From NCBI RefSeq assembly GCF_024298765.1, contig NZ_CP101210.1: DNA of 64,000 nt; one strand, given 5' to 3'. A model generated the notes under the pieces. That model was not told the origin of the DNA. It saw nothing but the letters and a program-made list of their open reading frames with translations, and ran no database searches. Below are positions 19,253-29,476 of this stretch, in pieces; within the stretch, counting starts at the first letter, position 1; each line of letters opens with the position of its first letter. Origin of the DNA: Escherichia coli. GTDB lineage: Bacteria; Pseudomonadota; Gammaproteobacteria; Enterobacterales; Enterobacteriaceae. The position numbers and the translations under genes were made by a program.

Positions 19253-21620
19253 TGCCGGTTGTTTCCGGAAGGTGCGGCAAAATACGGAAATGATGATACC
19301 CCCGGCCCTGCATGCTCACCTGCAGAGCGTGTTCGTCGTCATCATACTGAGCCATGACGGATGTCTTAAGGGCATCCTGTCATTGCTGAGCTGGCATGCT
19401 GCGGTACATGCCTCACCCTGGTGACAATAAGTACATGGCGACAGCACTCCCTGCACCGCAAAAGAGATGTACACGGCCGGATGTTATGGCTGAATGTTTC
19501 TTCGTCAGATATTCAGGAACAGTTGTAGTAACGAATTTTACCGATCTCTGTACACGGCCGGACGCCGTCAGTGTATACGGGCGGACGTTCCATGCTGCAT
19601 GACTACATCCGGCCCGGATGTCAATGAGTCCGTCAGGAACGCTTCGCTTCGAAACCCGGCCTGGATACCAGCGCCGGCACGCCGGGAAGAAGTTGATATG
19701 GTGGTTGCCGGACAACAGCGCTCCTGGATTGACTGCTGCATCACTCAACCACGCTGAATATCAAAGGAGAGCGTTACCGATTAAAAGAGAAACGGAAAGC
19801 TGTGGTGATGACCCAAAACAACACGACAATCAGTGAGGATGGAATGGTGAAAATCAGACTGCATCAGTGTAGAAAATATACTGGCTGGCATGAAAATGGC
19901 CCGGCTCGTGGCGTTGACATATTCTCTCCTGAGCATCCTGAATGACTGCAGTTGCTGTGGAAAAGTAAGCAGTCTCCACCCACGGCACCACTTAACAGAC
20001 ATTCAGTAACTCACCCCAGACTTTCTATAACGCTTATCGGTGCACTGAAAACAGGAGAGTGCGCTTAAAACCGCAGACCGCATTGCGGGTGTTACTGCAT
20101 GACAGCCTGGCGGTATTGTGAAATGTCGGCAGGAACCGATGTCTGCGCAGGGGGAACTTCCGTGATCGGGATAAGTGCAGAAGAAATCAGATCACGACGT
20201 AAACCTGCAGTGCCTGACGCTGCAAGTGGCATTAACCATGGGACGTTGCCGATCCCGGATTGCGGAAACAGGAGCACTATTTTCTGCCGCGGGGAGTACA
20301 TCTGGCAGTAAATCCGGCTCGCTCATCTGACCGTCTCTCTCCCGGAAAAGACCAGAAATGAGATCGTCACCTCAACAGCAGGGAAGATGTCTTGACAGAC
20401 TGGTTATATTGCATACGATTTATGAAGAAAAAGACAGCAAATATGGAGGCTATAGCGGAGAACACCCTACGAAATTCCTGTGAAAAACGATTGAAAAAAC
20501 GATCAGATTCGATTCGTTTTTATATGCTTTTTGGGCACGTGGCGATGACGAACTGTTGCATGTGCAGAGGAGAATGCACCCGGAAGCACCAGAATCATCC
20601 AGAAAGGCAGAACGATTACGCATCAAACCAGGAGACAGCAATATCAGGATAACATACTGATTTAAAATGAATTTACAGCAATACGTGAAAACATTTTTTA
20701 CTTAAAGGAGACAGATGCGCTGAAGACAGTGCAGGTATTTTTATATAAAAATGAGAAGGTTACGGGATGTCTATCCAGCACACTATGACCGGAGAATATC
20801 AGTCAGGCTTAAAAAGACAATAAATACAGTGAGTTAAATACACAGAGAAAACGAAAACGTAGTATCAGAGGGTACATCTTACAACAGAGACTGAATTTCC
20901 GGTTTTTCATAACCGGCACATTCCGGAAAGAGCAGGCTAACCGGAGGCTTTCTGACACCAGTCCCTGGCAGTTTAATCTGTACATCATGTACGGATGTTT
21001 TGTTCGCATTTTTAAAATCGGCAAAAATGCGAGAAGAGCAGCTATATTATGGATGAACTGAAAAGTGCCCGGGAGCAACAAAAAAGGCGTGATGAACGTG
21101 CTGATGGTTCCGTTCCGCTGAAACTGTCCGGAAAAATCCACAAACAGCCTGAAAGTATTGCCCGAAGTCGTGGTGCCCCCCAAAAAAACTGTTGAATGAA
21201 ATGATTGAGCTGGCGTACCAGGATTTTGTGGCAAATGAGCAGCACAAGACTCGGAGTTAAAGACTGCAGGGCCCCGGTTACCAATTCTGCAGCATACACA
21301 ACGAATGTATCCGGCTCTTACCTGTGAGGGGCACGAAAATTATACATTGAGCATGAGTGGATAATCCCGGGTGAGAGTCTCCCGTTTTACACTATTCACT
21401 AAAGGTGAGGCATATCATTCAGTCTCTCTGAATTCTTCATTTCAGTAACTTCAGCTACCTTCGTTTCATCTCCCCCACGAACCGGGGCCGCAGCTTGTTG
21501 TATCAATACCAAATTGTTGGTCATTACTGTCCTGTATCACTGGGCTGGCAAGTGAACTGAAATCCGCACCTTAATATTCTGACTGGCTGCGTACATTCAT
21601 GGCATGAAGCGGCCGGAACG

Positions 21621-21656
21621 GCTGAGCTGAAGGTCCGTTGTGAGCGAACAGCGGAC
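21621..21656. repeat. GC-rich hairpin repeat R1 (type B)
   Basis: gctgagctgaaggtccgttgtgagcgaacagcggac. The stem is GTCCG.../...CGGAC. It matches 27385-27417 at about 36 of 40 positions. Confidence 0.7.
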
Positions 21657-21699
21657 ATTCACTACACATGGTTCAAACATGAACCGGAGCTTTATTGTC

Positions 21700-22010
21700 T
21701 AGCTGTCAGTGTACTGCGATTTACCCGCTCGGTTGTCCAGAAAATCGGTCTGAAATCCAGTCATTAAAGGGCCTTAGCCTGACATTAAGCAACTTGGTAG
21801 GCGGATAGATAATAGAAATAGGAATGCGCAGGTCTGTCATGTTGCCTAGAACGGTGACAAGCTGTCCGGTGCGAAATCATTCCGGCAGCGACAGGCTCAT
21901 GTGTCAGCCCGACGCCCAGACCGTCAACGAGCATGTGGATCTGCGAGGCGTTATCGTTCGCAGCGATGTTAAAACGAACAATCTGCTCATCTTCTAGAAG
22001 CACAAGTGCT
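21700..22010 (-). pseudogene. Possible LysR-family C-terminal remnant
   Basis: Minus-strand translation gives RFNIAANDNASQIHMLVDGLGVGLTHEPVAAG, then in another frame GQLVTVLGNMTDLRIPISIIYPPTKLL. This resembles the effector-domain end of a LysR regulator. No N-terminal HTH is present. Confidence 0.3.
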
Positions 22011-22095
22011 TTAATGACATTAAGGCGGTCTATATGTTGCATTACAGACTTCCTATTGATCTTTACCTGAGGCTGAAGCAACCACGTTAATCCGA

Positions 22096-22863
22096 CTATT
22101 TTTCGATTGCACCATCCACTATCACCATCGATCTTCCCTGAGCACAACGTTCAACTCTCCCGCGTACGCCGTATACCTGCGCAAGGCTCTCTGCATGGAT
22201 CACCGTTTGCGGGTCGCCGCTGTCGATAAGTTTCCCCTCTTTCAGCATGATGACCTGGGCGGCATGCCGCAGTGCGATATTGATATCGTGTAAGACGACC
22301 AGCGTAACCATATTGCGTCTTCGCGTTTCGCGCGATACAACATCCATCACATGGAACTGATAATTGAGATCCAGCGCGCTCAGTGGTTCATCCAGCAATA
22401 ATAATGCGGGGCGGCGAATAAGCGACTGTGCAAGCCCCACCAGCTGCTTCTGACCGCCGGACAGGCTATCGAGGTAGTTCATTGCCAGATGTGCGATGCC
22501 TAGCTCTTCGAGCAGCGCTATAGCCTGCGCCTGATTTTGCCCGGCGCCGGAGGCGCGCTGGGCGACAACCACCGACTCCAGCACCTGTAAATGCACGCCC
22601 TGCGGCAGGGACTGCGGCAGGAACACAACTTTTTCAGCCCGACGAGCAAACGGCAGCGATAAGAGATTCTCTTCATTCAGCCAGGCTTCGCCACTGGCGC
22701 GATTTAGCCCGGCCAGGGCGCGCAGTAGCGTTGATTTACCGCAGCCATTAGGCCCCAGCAGTACAGTGACTTCGCCGCGCGGCAGCGTAGAAATCGACAG
22801 ATGCTCAATAATCCGCCGTTTGCCGTAACCGGCGCACAGCGCATTAATCGTAAGCCCGCTCAT
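22096..22863 (-). CDS. ABC transporter ATP-binding protein (iron-chelate type, fbp-like locus)
   Basis: 255 aa with Walker A GPNGCGKST, signature LSGGQKQ and Walker B LLLLDEPLSALD. A 4-nt overlap links it to the permease gene. Confidence 0.85.
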   Translation of the reverse strand: MSGLTINALCAGYGKRRIIEHLSISTLPRGEVTVLLGPNGCGKSTLLRALAGLNRASGEAWLNEENLLSLPFARRAEKVVFLPQSLPQGVHLQVLESVVVAQRASGAGQNQAQAIALLEELGIAHLAMNYLDSLSGGQKQLVGLAQSLIRRPALLLLDEPLSALDLNYQFHVMDVVSRETRRRNMVTLVVLHDINIALRHAAQVIMLKEGKLIDSGDPQTVIHAESLAQVYGVRGRVERCAQGRSMVIVDGAIEK

Positions 22864-23918
22864 GACATACTCCCTCGATGACGCATTACAATGCTCAGAA
22901 AGAACGGAACGCCTACCAGCGAGGTAACAATTCCTACCGGTAAAATGACACCGGGAATGATGTTCTTCGACGCTACCGAGGCCAGCGATAGCACCAGCCC
23001 ACCGATAAGGATGCTTCCGGGCAAATAAAAGCGATGATCTTCTCCCAGCAACAGGCGGGAAATATGCGGTGCAACCAGGCCAATAAAGCCAATTGGCCCC
23101 ACAAACGCAACCGAAAGGGCCGCCAGCAGGCTGATGCGCAGCAGGGAACCCAGGCGCAAACGGCGAACATCAATGCCAAAACTCATCGCCCGCTCTTCGC
23201 CGAGGCGTAGCGCGGTAAGCTGCCAGGCACGACGCAGCGACCAGGGTAAAACAATCGCCATCGCCGCCGCCAGCACCGCCAGTTTCTCCCATGATGCGCG
23301 AGCCAGGCTGCCCATCGTCCAGAACACCAGGCCCTGCAAAGTATCTTCATCGGCGACAAACTGCATAATGGACACCAGCGCATTGAAGGTAAACACCAGC
23401 GCAATCCCAAACAGCACAACGCCCGACGTCGGCACGCGCGTCCAGCGGGTCAGACTATCGAGCAGCAGGGCGGACAGGAGCGCAAAAAGAAAAGCGTTTG
23501 CCGGTATAAACCCGCTTTCGGGAACGCCGGGAATACCGATGCCCAGAACAATCGCCAGCGCTGCGCCAAAGGCCGCCGCCGACGAAACGCCAAGCGTAAA
23601 CGGGCTGGCGAGGGAGTTATTCAGAATAGTTTGCATCTCTGCCCCGGCCAAACCCAGCGCCATTCCTACCAGGAGCGCCATCAGCGCATAGGGCAAACGG
23701 ATGTCCCAAACGATAACCCGCATGCCGTTAGTCGCCCCGGACGGATGCATCAAAGTCTTTATCAGCGAATGTAAAGGGAGCCCTGAGGGGCCGAGGGTGA
23801 AATCGAGCAGCAGCGAAGCAATGATAGCGATAAAAATAACCGCCAGTATTACCAGACGCTGGCGAAAAAGCTGGCGATAGCGGTTCTCGACCGACAGCGT
23901 ACTTTCCAATACAGTCAT
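22860..23918 (-). CDS. FecCD/BtuC-family ABC permease
   Basis: 352 aa, highly hydrophobic with about 9-10 TM segments. Typical iron-siderophore/B12 permease pattern. Confidence 0.85.
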   Translation of the reverse strand: MTVLESTLSVENRYRQLFRQRLVILAVIFIAIIASLLLDFTLGPSGLPLHSLIKTLMHPSGATNGMRVIVWDIRLPYALMALLVGMALGLAGAEMQTILNNSLASPFTLGVSSAAAFGAALAIVLGIGIPGVPESGFIPANAFLFALLSALLLDSLTRWTRVPTSGVVLFGIALVFTFNALVSIMQFVADEDTLQGLVFWTMGSLARASWEKLAVLAAAMAIVLPWSLRRAWQLTALRLGEERAMSFGIDVRRLRLGSLLRISLLAALSVAFVGPIGFIGLVAPHISRLLLGEDHRFYLPGSILIGGLVLSLASVASKNIIPGVILPVGIVTSLVGVPFFLSIVMRHRGSMS

Positions 23919-23936
23919 GGTTTTTCACAGCCTCCG

Positions 23937-24929
23937 TTAGCGCGGCGGATTGAGCACATCGCTCATCTGCGCATCGCTTAACGTCAGGCCAAAGAACTGC
24001 CGATAAAACTCACGCGTCTCTTTGCGTATATCCACATCAGCAAATCGCGCAGGATAAAGCGTTTTCGCCAGCCACAAAAATTGCAGCGCCTCTTCGCTGG
24101 TTTCACGGCACCACCAGAACATTCCTTTCGGATTAACGTAAACGCGATGATGAATGACCGCGTCCACGCTTGCCCACTGCGGAGAACTCAGAATGGCATC
24201 CGCGTCGCGCTTGTTCATCGCGATGATAACCGCCGGATTGGCAGTGACAATTTTCTCCAGCGCGACTTCACCCGAACGATTTTGTTGATGCTCGCCAAAC
24301 CAATTTTCAGCGATATTTTTGCCGCCGGCCAGGTCAATCCAGTCCTGGTTTAGCGAGGGTCTACCGGTGGTGGTCAGCGGATTGCCCATACTGTGATAGA
24401 GCGACACGCGCTGTGACGCAGGAAGATCTTTCAGGCGCCCGGTGACCAGGGCCACGTTGCGATCGAAGTAGCGTTGATAGGCGAGCGCTTTTTGCTGCGC
24501 ATCGGGCCCCAGCACCGCTGCCGTTTGCTGTACGCGCTGCGTTAACGCCCGCAGTGAATTCGCCTCAAACGCCAGCACCTGCACCCCAGCCTGTTTCAGC
24601 AACGCCTGTTGAGGCACTACCATATTCTGCGGTACAAAAAGCATATCGACCCCCAGCGCGATAATCTGTTCGGGATTGATTTCATGCCCGCTGTTTACGC
24701 TAACTGCTGCGACTTTCTCTATGCGCGGCAGGCTCTGGCGAAACAGGGGGATCCTTTTTGCAATCATCGAGGTTCCGACAATGTTATCGCCGTACCCCAG
24801 CATGGCAATAATGGTATTTTGCGCCGGCCACGGTGACGCGATACGCACCTCCTTGTGCGTATTTTCTGCGTGCAGGCTGGCCGCCAGCAGCAGCGCCAGC
24901 AGCGGAAATAAACGGGAGAGTTTCATCAT
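23937..24929 (-). CDS. Periplasmic iron-chelate-binding protein (type III SBP)
   Basis: 330 aa with signal peptide MMKLSRLFPLLALLLAASLHA. It lies between the receptor and permease genes. Confidence 0.75.
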   Translation of the reverse strand: MMKLSRLFPLLALLLAASLHAENTHKEVRIASPWPAQNTIIAMLGYGDNIVGTSMIAKRIPLFRQSLPRIEKVAAVSVNSGHEINPEQIIALGVDMLFVPQNMVVPQQALLKQAGVQVLAFEANSLRALTQRVQQTAAVLGPDAQQKALAYQRYFDRNVALVTGRLKDLPASQRVSLYHSMGNPLTTTGRPSLNQDWIDLAGGKNIAENWFGEHQQNRSGEVALEKIVTANPAVIIAMNKRDADAILSSPQWASVDAVIHHRVYVNPKGMFWWCRETSEEALQFLWLAKTLYPARFADVDIRKETREFYRQFFGLTLSDAQMSDVLNPPR

Positions 24930-24936
24930 TTATCCA

Positions 24937-27102
24937 TCAGAAATCGAAGGTGACGGATGCACGCACTTCGCGGCCGCCGCCGATAAACGCACTTGGGGAA
25001 CCGTTATCGCCATCGGTACCCGATGGGAAGATAGAAGCCCAGTAATGTTTATCAAACACGTTGTTTACCACCACGCGGAAAGTGGTTGGGACGTTGCTCA
25101 CTTTCGTGGTGTAACGCGTTCCCAAATCCCATGTGGTATAGCTGCTGGCGTAAGAGGTGTTGGTATCGTTCGCCGCGCGTTTGCCCGTATAATGGACGTT
25201 AGCGCTGTAAACCCATTCCGGTATGGACGGCAAACTGTATTCCGCCAACAGATTGGCCTGCACTTTCGGCACGCCGACAACCTGTTTATTGCTGGTTGAG
25301 GCATTCGCCGTATCTTTCAGTTTCGGGTCGAGGAAGGTCACGCCGCTGTAAATATTCAGCCCCTGCCACACATTCCCGGCAGCGGTTAACTCAAGGCCGT
25401 TGTTAACCTGGTTACCCTGCTCTTTATACACGTTATCCGTATCAAGATAGGCAAACGGACGTTCCAGTCGGAACAGCGCGGCGCCTAGATTCATCTCGCC
25501 GATGTCCGATTTTAGCCCCACTTCATACTGCTTGCTGCGATACGGGTTTAGCGTTTGACCGGCATTTTTTACGCTCTCATCCGTCGGTGCGGTACCGCCC
25601 TGCTCCAGCGAATCGGCATAGCTAACGTAGGCCATTGTGTTAGGGGTAATTTTATACATCAGCGCGGCGTTCGGACTTAAACCATTTTCATCAACCTGGT
25701 TCGTTTGATTACCGTGCTTATCGTAGTTTTTAGTCTGCAGCCAGCTCTGGCTGAGATAGAACATTGCCGACCACTGCGGCGTAAATGTCACCGTATCGCC
25801 GAGCGTAACGCTCTGCTGAGTATTTACGCTGGAGCGGTATCGCGGCCCGCCGGTGCGGATTTTGCCATCGCCCTGCTCATCTATCGCATCCGGGTGATAC
25901 ATATTTGTTGTACCCCAGCTATAGCTGGAACCTGTTCCTTTGGCACTATAAAGCGACCAGACATATCCCGTGGTAGAAAGTGACAGATCGTGGCCGATAG
26001 AGCCGGTATCAATATGACCATTCAGCCCGGCGGTGTTGCTCAGGACGCGAAAACGTCCGGCAGCGGTGGAATCCTTCATCGAACGAGAGATATCGCCCTG
26101 ATTGTTGAGTATTTTACTGGAAACACTACGCATCGCGCGGTCAGCCTGCTGCCAGCCCACGCCAGCGTTCATGGACCAGTCGTCGTTAAAGTAGTGGATC
26201 AGGCGAGTGCTGATGGTATCGGTAGTGAGGTCGTTGCCCGCAGTGCTGAGCGCCAGATTTTTGTCCTTCGGATTCGGCGCAGACGGCAGTTTGACGTTCG
26301 GCCCATAGTTAAAGCTACCGACATAGCCTTTCTGGATAAATTCGTAATGGCTGGCGTCGAGCTGTAGCTGAGTGCCCGGCTGAATATTCCAGTCGAGCGC
26401 AACGGAAACGAGTTTGCGACGCAGCGTGCTGTCATCCACATTGCCTTCCCCTTCCTGATCAAGCAGGTTCACGCGATAGCCAAACCGTTTGTTTTCATCA
26501 AAATGGCCACCCAGATCGGCATGGCCGGTAAACGCACTGCGGCTTTGATAGCCCAGCGTCACTTTACGCAGCGTCTCTTCGGTTGGGCGCTTCGCCACGA
26601 AATTAAACTGCCCTGCTGGGCTCGCCGGGCCGTACAGCGCGCCGGTCAAACTGTTAAGCACATCCATGCGCTCAAGCATTTCCACCGGAAACGCGGTTGT
26701 TGAAACGATATTCAGCCCGTCCAGACGGCTGTTGGCCACCACGCTGCCCTGCATCCCCCGACTTTGCGGACGCCCGACATCCATTCCACCGCGCGCCTGC
26801 ATTTGCGTACTGGGAGAGTATTTCAGCATCTCGCTGACGCTTTGCGCCTGCTGATTTTCAATCATCTCTTTAGTTACAGTGGTGCTGGAATATGGTGTTT
26901 CGATCCAGGATTTCGTTCCCAGCGGGCCGACATCTATATCGTTCGTTTTGAAACCGGCACCGGCGGCAGAATCGGTGGTGTCGGCGGCGGTGTTGCCCGT
27001 GACAATCATTTCATCTTCAGAAGTAGACGAGGCATGAGCATGAAGCGGTATGAAAGACGCTAATGCTGGCAAAAGCGCAGCGAAAGTTATTTGAGTTTTC
27101 AT
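24937..27102 (-). CDS. TonB-dependent outer-membrane receptor
   Basis: 721 aa with a signal peptide, a TonB-box-like DEMIVTG, a plug domain, a beta-barrel and a terminal ...VTFDF. First gene of a 4-gene uptake operon like the fbp locus reported in the CFT073 aspV island. Confidence 0.85.
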   Translation of the reverse strand: MKTQITFAALLPALASFIPLHAHASSTSEDEMIVTGNTAADTTDSAAGAGFKTNDIDVGPLGTKSWIETPYSSTTVTKEMIENQQAQSVSEMLKYSPSTQMQARGGMDVGRPQSRGMQGSVVANSRLDGLNIVSTTAFPVEMLERMDVLNSLTGALYGPASPAGQFNFVAKRPTEETLRKVTLGYQSRSAFTGHADLGGHFDENKRFGYRVNLLDQEGEGNVDDSTLRRKLVSVALDWNIQPGTQLQLDASHYEFIQKGYVGSFNYGPNVKLPSAPNPKDKNLALSTAGNDLTTDTISTRLIHYFNDDWSMNAGVGWQQADRAMRSVSSKILNNQGDISRSMKDSTAAGRFRVLSNTAGLNGHIDTGSIGHDLSLSTTGYVWSLYSAKGTGSSYSWGTTNMYHPDAIDEQGDGKIRTGGPRYRSSVNTQQSVTLGDTVTFTPQWSAMFYLSQSWLQTKNYDKHGNQTNQVDENGLSPNAALMYKITPNTMAYVSYADSLEQGGTAPTDESVKNAGQTLNPYRSKQYEVGLKSDIGEMNLGAALFRLERPFAYLDTDNVYKEQGNQVNNGLELTAAGNVWQGLNIYSGVTFLDPKLKDTANASTSNKQVVGVPKVQANLLAEYSLPSIPEWVYSANVHYTGKRAANDTNTSYASSYTTWDLGTRYTTKVSNVPTTFRVVVNNVFDKHYWASIFPSGTDGDNGSPSAFIGGGREVRASVTFDF

Positions 27103-27110
27103 GAATCACT

Positions 27111-27141
27111 GATCGTTATGTAAATATTTATATTACGATCG
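27111..27141. promoter_or_regulatory. 31-bp AT-rich imperfect palindrome upstream of the receptor gene (candidate Fur-type operator)
   Basis: gatcgttatgtaaatatttatattacgatcg has symmetric GATCGT.A / T.ACGATC arms around an AT core, 9 bp from the start codon. No match to the Fur consensus was verified. Confidence 0.25.
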
Positions 27142-27352
27142 GTGCATAGGCAAAATTATGATCCAGATCACACGTGAATGTAAGTTATTTACAAATTACG
27201 CTAACCTTCTGTCTCCGCTCTTTGCAGCATAAAAGTATGGCGGCGCGTTGTTGAAAGCAGGAGCGGCCGGGTTGTCAGAAAGCTGGTTTGGACGCAAGTA
27301 ATATATAACAACTCTGATTACCGCATACTGTCAGGACAGTATCTACTTGAGC

Positions 27353-27417
27353 GTCCGCCTTTGGCACAGAGCGGACGATATCACTGAGCTGAAGGTCCGC
27401 TGAGAGCGAGGAGCGGA
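27353..27417. repeat. Composite hairpin repeat R2 (type A + type B)
   Basis: gtccgcctttggcacagagcggac (27353-27376), followed by ctgagctgaaggtccgctgagagcgaggagcgga (to 27417). Confidence 0.7.
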
Positions 27418-27584
27418 AGTAAGCATGTATCTGCTAATGCGAAAAATCACTAACGAAACATTGGATCCCCATTGTTGCCGATCTTTAGTGGCGTTCAAGA
27501 TTAGCCCCAATCCTGATTATCATTTGATTACACTGACTGAAATGATATAAAACCTAATTATCTGATATTTGTAGGGGTTTAGTA

Positions 27585-28394
27585 ATGTCACTTCCTGTTC
27601 CTTTTGGTGCAATTGTTACAGTAGTGAAGAAATGCTGGTCTACTCTTACCCAGATAATGCTGATAAAAACTTATCAACTCTCACATGAGCGCTGGGCAGT
27701 GAGACACAGGCTAGGGGCGAGCTGGCATTCCTTAGGGAATTATTTGGAGTACAGTCTACGATTTGCTCAGTTGACAGATAAAGAACCTCGTTGTTCACGT
27801 ATTGCTTTCAGAAGCAAAGAGGAACGACTGCAACAAGTTGAACTTGTTTTTGAAGCCATTGGCAGTGGCTTACGCTACCAAGAAACACTATGCATTCATG
27901 ATGTAAATAACTCACCGATAATATTAACGCTTTCAAATATTCCTACACTTGATGTACTTATTCTAGATGATGGATTCGCATTTACGGTTGAACAGTACCA
28001 GTTAAAATATTGCACGATAAAATTAATGACTGGTGAAAGTATATCTATTGACAATTCGCCCAAATATTCGCTAATGCAAAACTGGTGTCTCAATGATACA
28101 TGGAAACGGCGTTGGGGTATCATCTGGAACTGTAATGCAATTGAATGTGCCCGAAGGCGTATTGCTGAATATTGGAAATGGGGCTTTTGTCTGCCGTTAG
28201 TGGGACGCCCCCCGTTATATTCACCATCGCGAAAAGGTATTCATCTGTTTGAAGCAAAACCGTTACGCTGGTTTATGACACGCCCATGGTGTCTGAATAT
28301 CCAGTTTTGGACGGCAATTTGGTCAGGACTGTTTATTCTCAGCGATGAGAATGTCTTGCAATGGCGCTGGAAAGAGCCACCACAACAAGACTAA
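27585..28394 (+). CDS. Hypothetical protein (Trp/Cys-rich C-terminal half)
   Basis: 269-aa ORF in AT-rich DNA, bounded by hairpin repeats R2 and R3. No family recognised. Confidence 0.5.
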   Translation: MSLPVPFGAIVTVVKKCWSTLTQIMLIKTYQLSHERWAVRHRLGASWHSLGNYLEYSLRFAQLTDKEPRCSRIAFRSKEERLQQVELVFEAIGSGLRYQETLCIHDVNNSPIILTLSNIPTLDVLILDDGFAFTVEQYQLKYCTIKLMTGESISIDNSPKYSLMQNWCLNDTWKRRWGIIWNCNAIECARRRIAEYWKWGFCLPLVGRPPLYSPSRKGIHLFEAKPLRWFMTRPWCLNIQFWTAIWSGLFILSDENVLQWRWKEPPQQD

Positions 28395-28408
28395 CTTTCA
28401 CGAAGGCC

Positions 28409-28432
28409 GTCCGCTCTGAGCGAGGAGCGGAC
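28409..28432. repeat. Hairpin repeat R3 (type B)
   Basis: gtccgctctgagcgaggagcggac has a perfect 8-bp stem GTCCGCTC/GAGCGGAC and an 8-nt loop. It lies between convergent ORFs. Confidence 0.75.
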
Positions 28433-28511
28433 CTCAGTGCTGGTTAGATTAACTAGTCTAATTGTGACTACCTAATTTGAAACGATATAAAAATGGTATG
28501 ATACATGATCA

Positions 28512-29249
28512 CTAATCTTTATCTGGAATATCTCTCGCATCGTAATAATCAATCCCAAGTCCAAAGCTTAACTCAAGCCCCTCAGGACCTCCGTGGATAT
28601 CGCCAACCCCAAATGTATTTGGAGCATTATTATTTCTGAATTTTTCAAGATCATTTTTATTTGGAGGCGATTTGTCGTCATTAGAGAGATCTGGAAGTGG
28701 ATCTAACTCAAAATAATCAACTCCAGCAGGGTTATAGGCAAGGTAAAAATTTCTATAGTTGCCAGGATTTCCTAAATAATGCCCTTCTTCATATTGATAG
28801 AACTTCGAAGAATAGCTCGACTGTAAATAATCAATATCACTTCCAAAATCTTTGAACTTATGTCCAAGGGTTTTTCTCAGATATGGTACTTCAGGATGAA
28901 AATTCTCATCCTTGCTGGTTACGGAATAGAGTATCACTGTGTTATTATTATCATAAACCACTTGCAGATAGAACTTTTTGAAAGAGTAAATATACTCATG
29001 AACCCTCCCATCCTCAGAATGTTCTTCCTTCACGGGAGGGCCAAAAATTGACTCGATGTACTTTATTGACGCTCCGGTGTAAATCACATGAAGATTATCC
29101 TCTGCTTTTTTTTGCAAAAAATTATCTGCGATATGTTGATATAAATCAAACACTCCGTTCAATGCAACAAAATATCCAAGAACAGCAAGAATACCACTCA
29201 AAAAAACAGTAATTAATGATTTTTTAAGTTTTTTAGGGGGATGTGACAT
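28512..29249 (-). CDS. Hypothetical N-terminally membrane-anchored protein
   Basis: 245 aa with one TM helix (LITVFLSGILAVLGYFVAL) followed by a Tyr/Asn-rich soluble domain. AT-rich codon usage. Confidence 0.55.
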   Translation of the reverse strand: MSHPPKKLKKSLITVFLSGILAVLGYFVALNGVFDLYQHIADNFLQKKAEDNLHVIYTGASIKYIESIFGPPVKEEHSEDGRVHEYIYSFKKFYLQVVYDNNNTVILYSVTSKDENFHPEVPYLRKTLGHKFKDFGSDIDYLQSSYSSKFYQYEEGHYLGNPGNYRNFYLAYNPAGVDYFELDPLPDLSNDDKSPPNKNDLEKFRNNNAPNTFGVGDIHGGPEGLELSFGLGIDYYDARDIPDKD

Positions 29250-29434
29250 AGTTCCTCTCTTTTTGTTTTTTAATTTTTTTGGAGTGTATCATGATTTCTC
29301 TCTTATTTTTTCAAAATTCTATTTATTTCTGAATGCAAAGTAAAACGCTGACATGCAAAAAAGTCATTCTTATTTAAGATTAAGTCAAAAATTTATCGAA
29401 AGACATTCTATTAATCTTACATGAATAGAGCAAC

Positions 29435-29455
29435 GTCCGCATCTGGCACAGGACT
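29435..29455. repeat. Hairpin repeat R4 (degenerate type A)
   Basis: gtccgcatctggcacaggact shares GTCCGC-N3-TGGCACAG with R2a and R6, but the right arm is eroded. Confidence 0.5.
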
Positions 29456-29476
29456 GCTGTTGCAGCCCTGGCAACC

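Noticed and set aside
19396-20652. Cluster of 60-111-aa ORFs overlapping one another on both strands
   Set aside because: No ORF has an RBS, a motif or strand consistency. I treat them as non-coding or decayed DNA (see the finding on 19253-21620) rather than as genes.
22973-27063. Numerous antisense ORFs (up to 207 aa) within the permease, binding-protein and TonB-receptor genes
   Set aside because: They overlap well-supported minus-strand genes, and their Arg/Ala/Ser-rich low-complexity sequences are typical of GC-rich shadow frames.
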